The notes under the pieces are model-generated. The model did not search any database. It saw only the letters and a list, made by a program, of their open reading frames with translations, and was not told the origin of the DNA. From positions 32,001 through 96,000 of the forward strand of contig JAZDCZ010000289.1 of the NCBI GenBank assembly GCA_036679605.1: a DNA stretch of 64,000 nucleotides, written 5' to 3'. The translations under genes were made by a program, and so were the position numbers. Origin of the DNA: Gemmatimonadota bacterium. Its GTDB lineage: Bacteria; Gemmatimonadota; Gemmatimonadetes; Gemmatimonadales; GWC2-71-9. The stretch's first letter is position 1. Each line of letters starts with the position of its first letter. Below, piece by piece: positions 61,831 through 64,000 of this stretch.

Positions 61831-62582
61831 GTGCTTATGTCTGCTATTATGGCCTCCTCGAGTATTGCTCCGAGAATTTCAATTGTGTTCTTGCCCTCTT
61901 CTGAAGAAGCCTCGGCGGGGTTTCCAAAGTAAGCTTGAGGTCCACCAGCCTCACTGAATGTAGCCTTTCCTTCTCGAATTGCGGCAGAAAGCGATACGGG
62001 GTTGGGTGGTAGTTCGCGCCTTAGCTCGTCGTGCACGAGTTGTGGTCGCTTTGCCAACACGATGGATGTCTCATATTGACCGGCGTGGCAAGCACCACTC
62101 TTGAACTCCTCGGTAAGGCGCGAGGCCCAAGGCTTCTTAGTAATGTCTGGAAAAATTACTTGCAGGCGAGCTTCCTTGCGGACGCCGTTAACGGCTGTAT
62201 TCAGCGATTGAAGATGGACGGGGTCCAGATGAGAGTTGGCAAGCGCGAGTACCTGAATTCCGTGTGCCGCCAAACTGCGGGCTATGCCGACAATGGTGGC
62301 GGAAACCGCTTCTCCGTCGAGTGATACCGTGCCCGCAAACCCAGCACCGAACCGGGCGGCAGTGTATGTCATTGTTGGCAACATTAGGACATCGTAGCCG
62401 GCTCGAACTAACCGTTCGGCGCCTGACTCAGCCATGGCCTCAGCAATGATTGCGTCGGTACCCAGTGGTAGGTGAGGACCGTGAGCTTCGATGGCTCCCA
62501 CTGGGAGCACGGCGATGGTCCTAGAGCGATCCAGGTTCTCAACTTCACTCCACGTCAGGTCAAATAGACGTAGGAGCGCCAT
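61827..62582 (-). CDS. creatininase-family metallo-amidohydrolase
   Basis: LPVGAIEAHGPHLPLGTD, NSH, HAGQYETS, G.P..AS.EEG. Confidence 0.9.
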   Translation of the reverse strand: MALLRLFDLTWSEVENLDRSRTIAVLPVGAIEAHGPHLPLGTDAIIAEAMAESGAERLVRAGYDVLMLPTMTYTAARFGAGFAGTVSLDGEAVSATIVGIARSLAAHGIQVLALANSHLDPVHLQSLNTAVNGVRKEARLQVIFPDITKKPWASRLTEEFKSGACHAGQYETSIVLAKRPQLVHDELRRELPPNPVSLSAAIREGKATFSEAGGPQAYFGNPAEASSEEGKNTIEILGAILEEAIIADIST

Positions 62583-62648
62583 CAGACGAGATTACCAGTC
62601 ATAGTTGAAGGTTGACTCACACTCCAGTTAATGGGCATCATTGCACAC

Positions 62649-64000
62649 ATGAGCTTCCAACCACCCGAAAAGTTCAATATCGCCGATTACTTCCTAGACG
62701 CCAGGATCAGGGAAGGTCAAGGCCATCGGCCCGCACTCCATTGTAATAGCACGACTGTTTCTTACCAGGAAATACAAGAACTCGCCAACAAATTTGGCAA
62801 TATGCTCCGAGACAATGGCGTGATGCCAGAGCAGCGTGTGATAATAGCACTTCCTGACGGACCGGAGTTTGTAGCGGCATTGTTTGGCACACTCAAGATC
62901 GGGGCCGTTGTGGTCATGATCAACCCGGACATCAAGAAAGACGTGGCTCAATATTTTTACTCCTACACCCGTGCCCGCGTTGCGGTAGTCCATGACGATA
63001 CGCTGGCGCCGTTCGACGACGCTGCCCAAGATGCTGTTGACCTGGCGGCGCTCATGGTGGTGGGCAGTTCCGAGTTTGACGATCGCCTAGCCACGGCTTC
63101 GAGCGACCTGGATACGTACGCAACGCACCGTGATGATGCTGCGATATGGCTCTTTTCCGGTGGAACGACCGGTCGCCCGAAGGGTGTAGTTCAGACACAT
63201 TCTTCCTTCGCGAATACCACCGAATGCTACGCCAAGCAAGTGATAGCGTACAACGAGAATGACGTAACGATCTCAGTTCCCAAGTTGTATTTCGGCTACG
63301 CCACTGGATCCAATCTCTTGTTCCCCTTTTCGGTCGGTGCGTCATCGGTGCTGTTTCCCGAGCGTTGTACCGCGGATGTCTTGTTTGCAAATATCGCTCG
63401 TTTTCGACCCACCATCTTGATCAACGTACCAACGATGATCAACCACATGGTGAATCATCCGGAAGCAAGTTCAAGAGATCTGTCATCGTTGCGTCTTGCG
63501 ACATCTGCCGGAGAGGCGCTTCCAGCAGATCTGTACCACCGTTGGAAAGAGACGTTTGGCGTGGAGATGCTCGACGGACTCGGGACGGCTGAGATGTGGC
63601 ACATCTTTCTCTCTAACCGGCCGGGCGAGGTCAAGCCCGGTACCCTTGGCAAAGTTGTGCCGGGCTTCGAGGTCAGAGTGTGCGATGACATGGGACAAGA
63701 GCTTGCATGCGGCGAAATCGGATGGCTCTGGGTTCGCGGGAACTCCAGGGCGATCGGCTACTGGCATCAGATGGAAAAAAGCAAGCAATCGTTTCGTGGA
63801 GATTGGTACATTTCGGGAGACATGGTGTGCCGTGACACCGATGGTTACTTCACCTATTGCGGCCGCGACGACGATATGATGAAGGTAGCGGGCAAGTGGC
63901 TGTCACCTCAGGAACTCGAGAACTGCTTAATCCAACATCCGATGGTTACTGAAGCAGCTGTCGTTGGAATAGTCGACGCGAACGGGCTGACGAAACCACA
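62649..64000 (+). CDS. benzoate/anthranilate-CoA ligase family (3' partial)
   Basis: Absent from the ORF track. From ATG 62649: MSFQPPEKFNIADYFLD, later WLFSGGTTGRPKG, KLYFGYATG, SAGEALP, LDGLGTAEMWHIF, GRDDDMMKVAG. Confidence 0.9.
   Translation, partial: MSFQPPEKFNIADYFLDARIREGQGHRPALHCNSTTVSYQEIQELANKFGNMLRDNGVMPEQRVIIALPDGPEFVAALFGTLKIGAVVVMINPDIKKDVAQYFYSYTRARVAVVHDDTLAPFDDAAQDAVDLAALMVVGSSEFDDRLATASSDLDTYATHRDDAAIWLFSGGTTGRPKGVVQTHSSFANTTECYAKQVIAYNENDVTISVPKLYFGYATGSNLLFPFSVGASSVLFPERCTADVLFANIARFRPTILINVPTMINHMVNHPEASSRDLSSLRLATSAGEALPADLYHRWKETFGVEMLDGLGTAEMWHIFLSNRPGEVKPGTLGKVVPGFEVRVCDDMGQELACGEIGWLWVRGNSRAIGYWHQMEKSKQSFRGDWYISGDMVCRDTDGYFTYCGRDDDMMKVAGKWLSPQELENCLIQHPMVTEAAVVGIVDANGLTKP

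Noticed and set aside
62694..63879. Short track ORFs at the right edge
   Set aside because: Shadows of the plus-strand CoA ligase starting at 62649.
1..64000. CRISPR array, cas genes, transposases, integrases, rRNA
   Set aside because: No regularly spaced repeats or recognisable motifs seen. The only exact direct repeat noted is the two-copy tRNA end.

Overview
A 64-kb window of bacterial chromosome. A Gemmatimonadota origin is inferred from the repeated membrane-anchored Ser/Thr kinases and the style of the hypothetical genes. It holds about 55 CDS and one tRNA-Cys(GCA), with no rRNA, CRISPR array, transposase or integrase that I can see. Recognisable blocks are: (i) two Hanks-type kinases; (ii) a fused membrane/spermidine-synthase-like gene and a rifampin-phosphotransferase/PigC-type PEP-utiliser; (iii) an AT-richer four-gene module of two SoxA/TsdA-like Cys-ligated monoheme cytochromes, a triheme cytochrome and a cupredoxin-like protein; (iv) housekeeping genes pruA, lepB, lemA/htpX, mqnD and glnA; (v) a TPR-smallORF-AraC-receiver-MerR regulatory run; (vi) a tRNA-Cys with a duplicated 3' end next to a tightly coupled three-gene module (TIGR04255 protein, small helical protein, papain-like protein); (vii) a tryptophan-kynurenine-anthraniloyl-CoA degradation cluster with no kynB in the window but a creatininase-family gene. 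The best candidates for undescribed biology are an unannotated ~430-nt highly structured RNA with its own promoter and terminator (32346-32774), the tRNA-adjacent three-gene toxin/defence-like module, and the cytochrome module. All functional calls come from motif reading by eye; no database search was run.
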